A stretch of DNA of 64,000 nucleotides from Caldiserica bacterium UBA4822 (lineage in GTDB: Bacteria; Caldisericota; Caldisericia; Cryosericales; Cryosericaceae): positions 15,327-79,326 of the forward strand of contig DHFO01000047.1 of NCBI GenBank assembly GCA_002402295.1. The letters run 5' to 3'. Made by a program: the position numbers and the translations under genes. Numbering within the stretch: position 1 is the stretch's first letter; every line of letters begins with the position of its first letter. This document shows positions 49,735-59,092 of the stretch, piece after piece. The notes beneath the pieces are model-generated. The model did no database searches. It had not been told where the DNA came from and saw only the letters and a list, made by a program, of their open reading frames with translations.

Positions 49735-51051
49735 TCAGCGCGACGCGTTGGCGCGGGCTACGGCCGTCTCCATGACACCAAATGCCTCAGTCAACTGGGC
49801 ATCAGTAATCTCAAGAGAAACAAGCATGCGGATGCAGTTTCCATAGATTCCTGAACCTGCGACCAGAACGCCGTTTCGTACACATTCCTTGATGATTTCA
49901 CCATTCAGCTGAGTGGCAGGCTCTCGGGTAGCACGGTCCTTGACAAATTCGATTGCTTGCATGGCTCCGATTCCCCGGACGTCTCCTATGATCTCGTACC
50001 TATCCTTCCACGCATTCCAGTGGGAGCGGATGAGCGTGCCGAGGGCGACAGCCCGCTCAAGCAGGTGTTCATCCTCAATGATGTCGATAACCTCTGACGC
50101 AGCGCGACACGCGACAGGGTTGCCCACATAGGTTCCGCCAATGCTGCTGCCCGGCAGCTGGTCCATGATGTCCTTGCGGGCAATGACTGCAGACAGTGGC
50201 ATTCCTGCCGCCAGCGACTTTGCTGAGCAGATCATGTCTGGAACAACGTTCCAGTTTTCAATCGAGAAGAACTTGCCAGTGCGCCCTGCCCCCGTCTGGA
50301 TTTCATCCGCCACGAGCAGGATGCCGTATTTTCTGGAAACCTCACGGAGCATCTCCAGGAAGCCATCAGAGGGCACCCTGAATCCTCCCTCTCCCTGGAT
50401 TGGCTCCACGACAATGCAGGCAACCGTTGAAGGATCCACATAGGTCGTCAGGAGTTTCTCCCATTCGTTGACCTCTATGGTCGGATGATATGAGGTAATA
50501 AACGGCATCCGGTAAACGTCAGACGCAAACGGACCAAAACCGACCTTGTACGGCTTGGCCTTGTGTGTCATTGTCATGGTCAGCAGCGTACGACCATGAA
50601 ATGCACGGTCGAAGACGACGACGCCAGACCGGCCGGTCGTGTGACGTGCGATTTTGACGGCGTTTTCTATAGCTTCTGCCCCGCTGTTGAACAGTGCCAC
50701 AGATTTCTCAAAGGTACCTGGGGCAAGACGGGCCAGCTTCTCACAGACCGCAACATATGCTTCATAGGGAACCGAGGTAAAGTCTGTGTGCAGGAAATGG
50801 TCAGCCTGATCCTTGATTGCGGCGACAACACGAGGGTGTGAGTGTCCGACTGCCATGCAACCCCAGCCTCCAGTGAGATCGATGAAGGTGTTTCCATCGA
50901 CATCTGTCACCAGTGCGCCATGTCCCTCGGCAATCCATGCAGGCGAAAGTGCGTCACACATGGGTGCTGCAACGACGGCAGCTTCTCGCTTGCTGAGTTC
51001 GAGGGACTTCGGTCCCGGAATTGCAGTCTTGAGTGAAATAAACTGTGCCAC
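49735..51051 (-). CDS. gabT: Class III aminotransferase, 4-aminobutyrate aminotransferase-like
   Basis: NSGAEAIENA, FHGRT, EPIQGEGG, DEIQTG, AKS and GGTY motifs; GTG start with GGGAGG RBS. Confidence 0.85.
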   Translation of the reverse strand: MAQFISLKTAIPGPKSLELSKREAAVVAAPMCDALSPAWIAEGHGALVTDVDGNTFIDLTGGWGCMAVGHSHPRVVAAIKDQADHFLHTDFTSVPYEAYVAVCEKLARLAPGTFEKSVALFNSGAEAIENAVKIARHTTGRSGVVVFDRAFHGRTLLTMTMTHKAKPYKVGFGPFASDVYRMPFITSYHPTIEVNEWEKLLTTYVDPSTVACIVVEPIQGEGGFRVPSDGFLEMLREVSRKYGILLVADEIQTGAGRTGKFFSIENWNVVPDMICSAKSLAAGMPLSAVIARKDIMDQLPGSSIGGTYVGNPVACRAASEVIDIIEDEHLLERAVALGTLIRSHWNAWKDRYEIIGDVRGIGAMQAIEFVKDRATREPATQLNGEIIKECVRNGVLVAGSGIYGNCIRMLVSLEITDAQLTEAFGVMETAVARANASR

Positions 51052-51112
51052 GATTACCTCCCTTTCCTTCTCCACGAAAACGGCGTACTACAACGTTTTC
51101 TCGGGTGCTTTC

Positions 51113-51140
51113 AGGATACTGTGACAAACACAGTTGTCAA
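51113..51140 (-). promoter_or_regulatory. gabT promoter with overlapping TGACAA-N6-TTGTCA palindrome
   Basis: TTGACA-16bp-TATCCT on the minus strand; palindrome at 51122-51139. Confidence 0.5.
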
Positions 51141-51295
51141 CACACTCTAGGTACAAAGGGCTCGCGGGGCTGCGCCCGGTGAGGCAGGCTGTCTGCATGG
51201 ATGATGTGCTGCGCTTGTTGAGCCTCGCGTTTCATGTATCATGAAAGTGTCCGCGCAGGCAGGGTGACAACGTTGCGGCGAAAGGATGCTGTTCC

Positions 51296-52023
51296 ATGCT
51301 GATACTTGGGCACAGGGGTGAACCGCGACTGGCTCCGGAGAACACGCTTGCGTCCTTTGCGTTAGTTCGTGATTACCTTAGCCGCGGTGTGGGCGGCGCA
51401 GAATGCGATGTTCAGATGACGAGGGATGGTGTGCTCGTCGTTATTCACGACGAAACGGTTGACCGAACTACGGATGGGACCGGCTGGGTAAAGGACTTCA
51501 CGCTGCAGCAGATTCGCAGGCTGAATGCCGCGCATCATTTTGCTGGCTCCTCGCACCCGATGCAATCCCAACGATGGCTGAGGTACTTGAGCTGTTTGAT
51601 GGGACCGGGGCGACTCTGAACATCGAGCTCAAGAACTCCAAGGTTCCCTATGATGGTATGGAGCAACGGCTGCTCCGGCTTGTCGACCAGTACCATGTTA
51701 TGGTCATGTTCTCTTCCTTCAACCATGACAGCATGGGGCTTATCAGGACATTGAGGCCTTCGGCATGGACAGGCCTGCTGTACGGCCCATGGCTCAGAGC
51801 GCCGGATGTTGCTGCTGCCGCACGGCAGCAGCGTGCAAGTGCTGTGCATCCGTTCTATATCAACACGACTCGCCATCTTGTCCAAGAGCTGCATGACTGC
51901 GGGGTTGCCGTTGCTCTGTGGACGGTTGACACGGCGGTGGCCGTCAGGCGCAGTGCTCAACTGCGCGTTGACACTATTATCACCAACAATCCTCGAGCGG
52001 CAGTCGCGGTGCTTGCACCGTAA
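51296..52023 (+). pseudogene. Glycerophosphodiester phosphodiesterase, frameshifted
   Basis: GHRG, PENT, ECDV and HD in the first frame; IPTMAEVL, NIELK, SSF and WTVD in the second; shift near 51545-51560 (could be a sequencing error). Confidence 0.85.
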
Positions 52024-52047
52024 GGCGCAGAGGAAAGAGGACGTCCG

Positions 52048-53541
52048 ATGGAGAAGTACATTCTGGCGTTGGATCAGGGGACATCAAGCTCGCGGGCTAT
52101 TCTGTTTGACAACAGAGGGGTGGCTGTCGCTGCAGTCGCTCAGCCCTTTACCCAGATCTATCCAAAACCAGGATGGGTGGAACAGAATCCCGAGGAAATC
52201 TGGAGTTCACAGCTTGCCGTTGCGCGGGCGGTCATCGCTCAGGCGGGCATCACACCGCAGCAGATCGCTGGCATTGGGATTACGAACCAGCGGGAGACTA
52301 CGATTGTCTGGGACCGTGCAACGGGGCGTCCCGTGTGCAACGCAATTGTGTGGCAATGCCGGCGCACTGCTTCTGCATGTGAAAGGCTGAAGGTGCAGGG
52401 ATATGAGGACCTGATACGGGAGCGTACGGGGCTTGTTCTTGATTCCTATTTCTCAGGAACCAAGATAGCATGGATCCTCAATGACATCGAAGGTGTCCGC
52501 GTCCGCGCAGAGCGGGGCGAGTTGGCGTTTGGCACCGTTGACTCGTGGCTTATCTGGAACCTGACAGGTGGCAAACTCCATGTGACGGACGCGAGCAACG
52601 CCTCCAGAACAATGGTATTCAACATCCAGCGCCAGGAGTGGGACGAAGAGCTCCTTGAGCTCCTGGACATTCCGCGGTCAATGATGCCCGACGTAGTGGA
52701 TTCCAGCATGGTACTGGGAAGTACAACTGCCAACTTGCTTGGTGCTGAGATTCCCATCGCGGGAGTGGCGGGCGACCAGCAGGCGGCATTGTTCGGGCAG
52801 ACATGCACCGAACCGGGTGATGTGAAGGTGACCTACGGGACAGGCAGTTTCATTCTGGTCAACACCGGCAATCGGATTGTCCGGTCCTCAAGGGGCATGT
52901 TGTCAACCGTTGCCTGGAGAATACATGGCGTCCCGGCCTATGCGCTGGAGGGGAGTATTTTCGTGGCGGGAGCAGCCGTGCAATGGTTGCGCGATCGCCT
53001 GGGACTCATTACGGCGTCGTCCGACACAGAGGCGCTGGCGATGTCTGTGCCTGACAGCGGCGGCGTGGTGGTCGTTCCTGCTTTCACGGGACTTGGTGCT
53101 CCCGAATGGGACATGTATGCACGTGGTGCCATCCTTGGCCTGACCCTTGGAACGACGAGGGCGCACATCGTACGGGCAACGCTGGAGGGAATCGCTTTTT
53201 CCGTCAAGGACGTTGTCGACACCATGGAGCAGGAAGCAGGTGCTCCCGTTGCAGGTCTCAGAGCAGACGGCGGCGCTAGCTGCAATCGCTTCCTCATGCA
53301 GTTTCAAAGCGACATTCTTGGCAGTCCCGTGACCGTTCCGGCGAATATCGAGTCTACTGCCCGGGGCGCTGCGTTTCTGGCTGGTCTGGCAGTGGGCATA
53401 TGGAACGAGGAACGAGAGTTGCGCAACCTCTACAGCGTTGGCCAGTCCTACGCTCCAACGTGGTCCCCGCAGGAACGGGAACGAATGTATGCTCGGTGGC
53501 GCAAGGGCGTCGCGAGGGCGAGGGCATGGGCTGATGAGTGA
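52048..53541 (+). CDS. glpK: Glycerol kinase
   Basis: DQGTSSSR, TNQRET, WQCRR, GDQQAA, TYGTG and DGG motifs. Confidence 0.97.
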   Translation: MEKYILALDQGTSSSRAILFDNRGVAVAAVAQPFTQIYPKPGWVEQNPEEIWSSQLAVARAVIAQAGITPQQIAGIGITNQRETTIVWDRATGRPVCNAIVWQCRRTASACERLKVQGYEDLIRERTGLVLDSYFSGTKIAWILNDIEGVRVRAERGELAFGTVDSWLIWNLTGGKLHVTDASNASRTMVFNIQRQEWDEELLELLDIPRSMMPDVVDSSMVLGSTTANLLGAEIPIAGVAGDQQAALFGQTCTEPGDVKVTYGTGSFILVNTGNRIVRSSRGMLSTVAWRIHGVPAYALEGSIFVAGAAVQWLRDRLGLITASSDTEALAMSVPDSGGVVVVPAFTGLGAPEWDMYARGAILGLTLGTTRAHIVRATLEGIAFSVKDVVDTMEQEAGAPVAGLRADGGASCNRFLMQFQSDILGSPVTVPANIESTARGAAFLAGLAVGIWNEERELRNLYSVGQSYAPTWSPQERERMYARWRKGVARARAWADE

Positions 53542-55015
53542 CATGACGCAACAACGCGAGTCTCTCGATGTTGTTGTCATTGGCGCCGGGGTCGTAGGGT
53601 GCGCAGCAGCGCGGGAGCTCTCTAGATACCGCCTCAGCGTTGTCGTCTGCGAGCAGGGGGCTGAGGCTGGCCAGGGAGGCGCTACCAAAGCAAACACCGG
53701 CATCATTCACGCAGGGTACGACCCTGCGCCGGGGACACTGATGGCGCGTATGAACGTGCGCGGCAATGCCCTGTACACCGGCCTCTGTCAGGACCTGGGC
53801 GTGCGTCTGGACAGGTCTGGAACCTTGGTGGTGGCACTCTCTCAGGAGGACCGGCCGTACCTTGATGCTCTGCTGGCTCGAGGCCGGGTGAACGGGGTAC
53901 CAGGACTTTGTCTTGTTGGTCACGATGAACTAATGAAGCTGGAACCCAATGTCCATCGCCAGGCTGACAGTGCTCTGTTCGCTCCGACTGGTGGGGCGGT
54001 AGAGCCCTACGAGGTCGCGCTTGCGCTAGCGGAGAATGCAGCACGAAATGGTGTCTGGTTTCTCTTCGACCGTGCGGTTTCCGGCCTGGAACCCCTGGAC
54101 GACGGGTGGTGCGTCCATCTTGGTACTCAGGAACTCAGGACGAGGTTTGTCGTCAATGCGGCGGGCCTGTCAGCCGCGAAGATAAGTCAGGCGGCAGTTC
54201 CGGAAAAACACTTTCACATGCATCCGCGGCTTGGACAGTATGTACTGCTTGAGAACCGTCCAGAGTATGACATCCGGCACCCGGTTTTTCAGGTTCCTGG
54301 TCCTACGGGCAAGGGAGTCGTGGTAAGTCGCACACCAGATGGCAACATTATTGTCGGTCCTACAGCGGAAGACACTGATAGCGACCGTGACCTTGCCACA
54401 ACAGACGCGGGGCTCAGGTCTGTGCTCGCACAGGCGCACCGGAGTGTCCCGACGCTTGACGAGCGACTGGCAATAACAGAGTTCTGCGGAGCACGGGCAA
54501 TCATAGACGAACGCGATGACTTTCTCATCGAGGAATCTGCTCCAGGCTTTTTCAACGCCGCTGGTATCAAGTCACCGGGTCTTACCGCTGCGCCGGCCAT
54601 CGCGGAAGAGCTGGTCCGGCTGATGGCAAACGGAGGGCTCGAACTCGTTGCCAATCCTGCATTTATCCCCACCAACGAGCCTGCGATACTGTTCCGCGAC
54701 TGTCGCACTGAGGAGCAGGTACAGATGATTCACGAGAACCCGGCCTTCGGGCGTATTGTCTGCCGGTGTGAAACCGTGACTGAAGGCGATGTCGTGCGGG
54801 CCATCCACCGACCGCTCGGTGCGCGCACGCTGGACGGTGTCAAGTTCCGTACCCGGGCGGGCATGGGCCGGTGCCAGGGCGGATTCTGCGGGCCTCGGGT
54901 CTTGGAGATTTTGTCCCGGGAACTGAACGTGGATCCGCTCCTCATCACCAAGTGTGGACCCGGCTCTGAGATTCTGGCAACGCGGCTGCGGCCCGAAGGA
55001 GATTCCTGTGCTTGA
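53534..55015 (+). CDS. FAD-dependent glycerol-3-phosphate dehydrogenase-like subunit with BFD-like 2Fe-2S domain
   Basis: IGAGVVG, NTGIIHAG, SPGLTAAP, CRCE and GRCQGGFC motifs; follows glpK. Confidence 0.88.
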   Translation: MSDMTQQRESLDVVVIGAGVVGCAAARELSRYRLSVVVCEQGAEAGQGGATKANTGIIHAGYDPAPGTLMARMNVRGNALYTGLCQDLGVRLDRSGTLVVALSQEDRPYLDALLARGRVNGVPGLCLVGHDELMKLEPNVHRQADSALFAPTGGAVEPYEVALALAENAARNGVWFLFDRAVSGLEPLDDGWCVHLGTQELRTRFVVNAAGLSAAKISQAAVPEKHFHMHPRLGQYVLLENRPEYDIRHPVFQVPGPTGKGVVVSRTPDGNIIVGPTAEDTDSDRDLATTDAGLRSVLAQAHRSVPTLDERLAITEFCGARAIIDERDDFLIEESAPGFFNAAGIKSPGLTAAPAIAEELVRLMANGGLELVANPAFIPTNEPAILFRDCRTEEQVQMIHENPAFGRIVCRCETVTEGDVVRAIHRPLGARTLDGVKFRTRAGMGRCQGGFCGPRVLEILSRELNVDPLLITKCGPGSEILATRLRPEGDSCA

Positions 55016-55533
55016 CCTGACTATTCGCAATGCTCGCCTCTCTCCGCCCCAGACAGAGCTGTCCGACATAGGTGTTCAGGACGGAGTGTTTATAGCCGTT
55101 CAGCCCCACATAGAGGTGGAAGCCAGACAGGCCATGGATGCAACGGGCTTGTTCGTTACGCCCGCTCTTGTCGAATCACATGTGCACCTCGATACTGCAA
55201 TGACAGCAGGTCAACTGCAGTGGAACGAGAGCGGAACCCTGTTCGAGGGCATTCAACGTTGGTCAGAACACAAAGCACTTCTTACTGAGCAGGACGTGCT
55301 GGAGCGTGCGACTGCTGCTGTCACGCGGGAGGTTGTGCACGGGGTCCTGCGAGAATCAAAGAAATGACCCAGATGGGAATCAATTTCAGTCCTGGCCATG
55401 ATGACATTCTGGACCCGTGGTATCCGATATCGTCAGCCAGACTGTACCAGCACACACAAGCGTGAACCTTGGTAACGGCGACCACGAAGTGAACTTCCGG
55501 ATGTTGGGGGCAGGCAACCTGAGTGAAGAGTGA
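55008..55533 (+). pseudogene. codA: Cytosine deaminase remnant with two large internal deletions
   Basis: HVHLD..WNESGTLFEGIQRW N-terminal part, then in other frames RIKEM..GHDDILDPWYP and a C-terminal-like IVSQTVPAHTSV segment. Confidence 0.85.
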
Positions 55534-56782
55534 CTATGATTTGATTATCATTGGTGGTGGTCCCGCTGGTCTGGCAGCTGCTGTCGGGGCGGTCGAAAAC
55601 GGCGTTCACGACATCCTGATTATTGAGCGGGAGCGCTTTCTCGGAGGAATCCTCAATCAGTGCATCCACACCGGCTTCGGCTTGCGCGAGTTCGGGGAAG
55701 AACTGACGGGACCAGAATATGCGCAGCGCTTTGAGGACCGGGTCCTGCAGGCAGGAATCTCCTGCCTGGTAGACGCGATGGTGCTGGATGTCACGAGAGA
55801 CAAGCATGTCGTGGTCATATCACCTGTGCACGGAAGACTGGAGTTTACTGCACGTGCCATTGTGCTCGCAATGGGGTGTCGCGAGAGGACACGCGGAGCT
55901 CTGATGGTGGCGGGCACCAGGCCCGCCGGCGTCATGACCGCGGGGACAGCTCAACGGCTGATGAACCTGGAGGGATATCTGCCTGGTCAGAACATCGTCA
56001 TCCTTGGGTCAGGTGATATCGGCCTCATTATGGCACGCCGGTTTACCCTTGAAGGAGCCAATGTAAGTGCCGTTCTTGAGGTCATGCCATACTCCACCGG
56101 ACTTACGCGCAACGTCGTTCAGTGCCTGAATGACTATGGGATTCCACTCATGTTGAGTCACACAGTTACAAGCGTGCACGGTGCAAAGCGCGTCAGCGGG
56201 GTGACCGTTTCAGAAGTGGATATAGGCCGCAATCCACTGCCCGGGACAGAGCAGGACATTGCATGTGACACCCTGATCACCTCCGTGGGCCTCATTCCCG
56301 AGAACGAGCTCAGCAGGCGTGCTGGCGTTGAGCTGGACTTGGCGACCGGCGGAGCTATCGTTAATCAGAGGCTGGAAACGAGCGTACCGGGGGTCTTCGC
56401 ATGCGGTAACGTGCTTCAGGTGCACGACCTGGTAGACAATGTGTCAGAGGAAGCCCGTCATGCCGGAGCAAACGCTGCAGATTTGATCGCGGGCAGACTC
56501 GCTCCGAAGCAGCGCACGATACGTGTAATTCCGGGCCGCGGCATTCGGTATGTGGTTCCACAGTACGTCGATGTACATGAGGCGGATGAGCATACTGTGC
56601 TCTCGATGCGACCTGACGATGTGTTCCGTCAGGCTACTGTGGAGGTTGTGGCCGATGGGCGCGATGTACCTCTTGCTCGATTTCGGAGACGGCATCTGAC
56701 ACCGGGAGAGATGGTCACGGTGAACGTGGACTCAGCGGTCTTCCGTACGTGTGCACAGTACGTGTCGGTGCGTGTGGTATGA
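55523..56782 (+). CDS. FAD/NAD(P)-binding oxidoreductase (partner of the G3P dehydrogenase)
   Basis: GGGPAG, GGILNQCIH, GCRER, GSGDIG and CGNVLQVHDLVD motifs. Confidence 0.9.
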   Translation: MKSDYDLIIIGGGPAGLAAAVGAVENGVHDILIIERERFLGGILNQCIHTGFGLREFGEELTGPEYAQRFEDRVLQAGISCLVDAMVLDVTRDKHVVVISPVHGRLEFTARAIVLAMGCRERTRGALMVAGTRPAGVMTAGTAQRLMNLEGYLPGQNIVILGSGDIGLIMARRFTLEGANVSAVLEVMPYSTGLTRNVVQCLNDYGIPLMLSHTVTSVHGAKRVSGVTVSEVDIGRNPLPGTEQDIACDTLITSVGLIPENELSRRAGVELDLATGGAIVNQRLETSVPGVFACGNVLQVHDLVDNVSEEARHAGANAADLIAGRLAPKQRTIRVIPGRGIRYVVPQYVDVHEADEHTVLSMRPDDVFRQATVEVVADGRDVPLARFRRRHLTPGEMVTVNVDSAVFRTCAQYVSVRVV

Positions 56783-57186
56783 GCAGTACGACGCGTATCG
56801 TCACTTGTATTGTATGTCCCGAAGGTTGCAAGGTGTCTGTGTCCACGGACGGGGACACCATCACGGCAGTCTCGGGCCATGGATGTAGGCGTGGTCTCGG
56901 CTACGCCAGGCAGGAAGCCGTTGCTCCCATGAGAACACTGACAACAAGTGTAAGAGTCTCTGGAGGTGTCCTGTCGCTGGTCTCGGTAAAGACATCCGCT
57001 CCAGTTCCGCGTGAGCGCCTGCTCGATATCATGACCTGTGTGCGGAGGTGCTGCCTTTCAGCGCCGGTGAGCCAAGGACAAGTCGTTCTCACCAACGTGC
57101 TGGAACTTGGGGTTGACCTGGTGGCCACGCGAAGTGTTGAGAGGGGTTCACCTGCCACAGTTCATGAGCCCCCGCATGGCGGGTAG
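56779..57186 (+). CDS. DUF1667 CxxC metal-binding protein
   Basis: CIVCPEGC..C and RTLTTSV motifs; usual third gene of this oxidoreductase trio. Confidence 0.85.
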   Translation: MSSTTRIVTCIVCPEGCKVSVSTDGDTITAVSGHGCRRGLGYARQEAVAPMRTLTTSVRVSGGVLSLVSVKTSAPVPRERLLDIMTCVRRCCLSAPVSQGQVVLTNVLELGVDLVATRSVERGSPATVHEPPHGG

Positions 57187-57201
57187 ATGAGATACTGTTC
57201 C

Positions 57202-57777
57202 TCAAGTGTCGCGGACGAGGTCCACGAACTGCTGTGTGGTAAGAATCTGGACACCCATCGCAGTCATGTCCTCCAGATTGGACTGCTGAACGTCTACTGT
57301 TTGTGACCCCGTCGCGTCGGAAAGAACAGTTACTGCATAATCGAGCGAAAGGGCGTCCACGGCAGTTGCGCGAATGCAGTTCGGAGTCTGCAGGCCCATA
57401 AGCACAATGTGCCTGACTTCCATGCGGCGCAGCACCAGGTCGAGGTCCGTTGCAAAGAAGCCGGACCAGCGAGTCTTGGCGATAACGACTTCCGAGTCCA
57501 GCGGTCTGAGAGCTCCGGGTGCCTCTGCCCCCAGGCTATCTGTCACCAGGAAACCACCGGTTCGTTCAAACAATTCCTTGCGGCACATGTCGACGTCGAT
57601 GCCGGTGGACCGGTGCCTCCGGACGACGTGAACGACGGGCATGCCTGCGGCGCGGGCAGCCTCGAGGGCTCTGACAACATTTGCGAGGACATCAGGTCCC
57701 TGGGCTACAAACAGGGGTGACGAGGGTTGCAGGAAATCCCGTTGCATGTCCACCATCACGAGTGCAGTCTGTTTCAT
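57202..57777 (-). CDS. Isochorismatase-family cysteine hydrolase
   Basis: VDMQ, KTRWS and TPNC catalytic triad. Confidence 0.9.
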   Translation of the reverse strand: MKQTALVMVDMQRDFLQPSSPLFVAQGPDVLANVVRALEAARAAGMPVVHVVRRHRSTGIDVDMCRKELFERTGGFLVTDSLGAEAPGALRPLDSEVVIAKTRWSGFFATDLDLVLRRMEVRHIVLMGLQTPNCIRATAVDALSLDYAVTVLSDATGSQTVDVQQSNLEDMTAMGVQILTTQQFVDLVRDT

Positions 57778-57937
57778 GTCTGTGTCACCTCCGCATTCAT
57801 AGCTGCTTACGTGTGAGTATAAGCGGATTTGTCACGCCTGCACCTGTCGTAACCGGCTACTTGCAGTTTTCCGAAGGCCTCCTATAATTCGCTTACCGAA
57901 GAAAAGCGCGGGGGCGGCCCCGCGAGAAAGGAGACCT

Positions 57938-59092
57938 ATGATTCTGATTCGTGGTGGTACCGTACTTACTGTAAGTGACGGCGTCATTGAGGACGGTTCG
58001 GTCTTGCTTGGAGATGATGGCAAGATCTCGGATGTCTTCCCTGGACGCAAAGATGTGCCTGGAACCGAGGTCGTGGACGCTGTGGGTAAGGTTGTTACAC
58101 CAGGGTTCGTCGATGCGCATACGCACCTGGGCATTTGCAACCTTGAGGTCGGAGAAATCGGCGAGGACGAAAACGAGATGACGAACCCGGCGACGCCTGG
58201 GTGTCGCGCAATTGATGCCGTGTACATTTGGGACTCTGGATTCTCTGATGCACTGTCAGGTGGCGTCACAACCGTGTTTACGGGACCAGGGAGCGGCAAT
58301 GTGATAGGCGGACAGAGCATCACTATGAAGACTGCCGGCCGTTCACTCGAGGACATGGTACTGCAGGACCCTGCGGGCCTGAAGACTGCGTCCGGGGAGA
58401 ATCCAAAGCGAGTCTACAAGACAAAAAACCAGTTGCCGAGCACACGAATGGGAACCGCCAAGGTACTGAGAGAGGCACTGCTCAAAGCTCGTGACTATCG
58501 CGAGCGCCGGGCCGGGGCGGAGCCCCCTGCGGTGGACCTTGACATGGAGATTCTGTGCAGGGTGCTCGACCGCGAGATTCCACTCCGCACACACTCTCAC
58601 CGCGCCGATGACATTATGACCATGGTTCGCATTCGCGATGAGTTTGGGATTCGAATGGTTATCGAGCATGGGACGGATAGTGCTCGTGTGCGCAATGAGC
58701 TGGCGAAAGCAGGGATTCCGGTCATCACCGGGCCCCTGCTCGATGTCTCGCCAAAGGTGGAAACTGCTTCTTCGAGCTTTCAGACACCGCATCTGCTAGC
58801 ACAAGCTGGCGTTCTTGCAGCAATCATGACCGATCACCCGGTGATCCCCATCGAATCACTTCGCCTCGAGGCCGCCATAGCCGCGTATGAAGGCGGAGCA
58901 GGGGAAGAAGAGGCTCTGGAGTTCATCACGATCAACCCAGCGAGAATCCTTGGGCTGGAAGACCGAATTGGCAGTCTTTCGAAAGGCAAGGACGCCGACG
59001 TGGTCATCTGGAGCGGACATCCGTTCAAGTCAAGCAGCGTGGCGGAGCGCACGTATGTGAACGGAAGACTGGCATGGGAGGCGCAGGCATGA
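57938..59092 (+). CDS. Amidohydrolase family protein
   Basis: PGFVDAHTH, KTASGENPK, HSH, EH and TDHP metal ligands. Confidence 0.9.
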   Translation: MILIRGGTVLTVSDGVIEDGSVLLGDDGKISDVFPGRKDVPGTEVVDAVGKVVTPGFVDAHTHLGICNLEVGEIGEDENEMTNPATPGCRAIDAVYIWDSGFSDALSGGVTTVFTGPGSGNVIGGQSITMKTAGRSLEDMVLQDPAGLKTASGENPKRVYKTKNQLPSTRMGTAKVLREALLKARDYRERRAGAEPPAVDLDMEILCRVLDREIPLRTHSHRADDIMTMVRIRDEFGIRMVIEHGTDSARVRNELAKAGIPVITGPLLDVSPKVETASSSFQTPHLLAQAGVLAAIMTDHPVIPIESLRLEAAIAAYEGGAGEEEALEFITINPARILGLEDRIGSLSKGKDADVVIWSGHPFKSSSVAERTYVNGRLAWEAQA

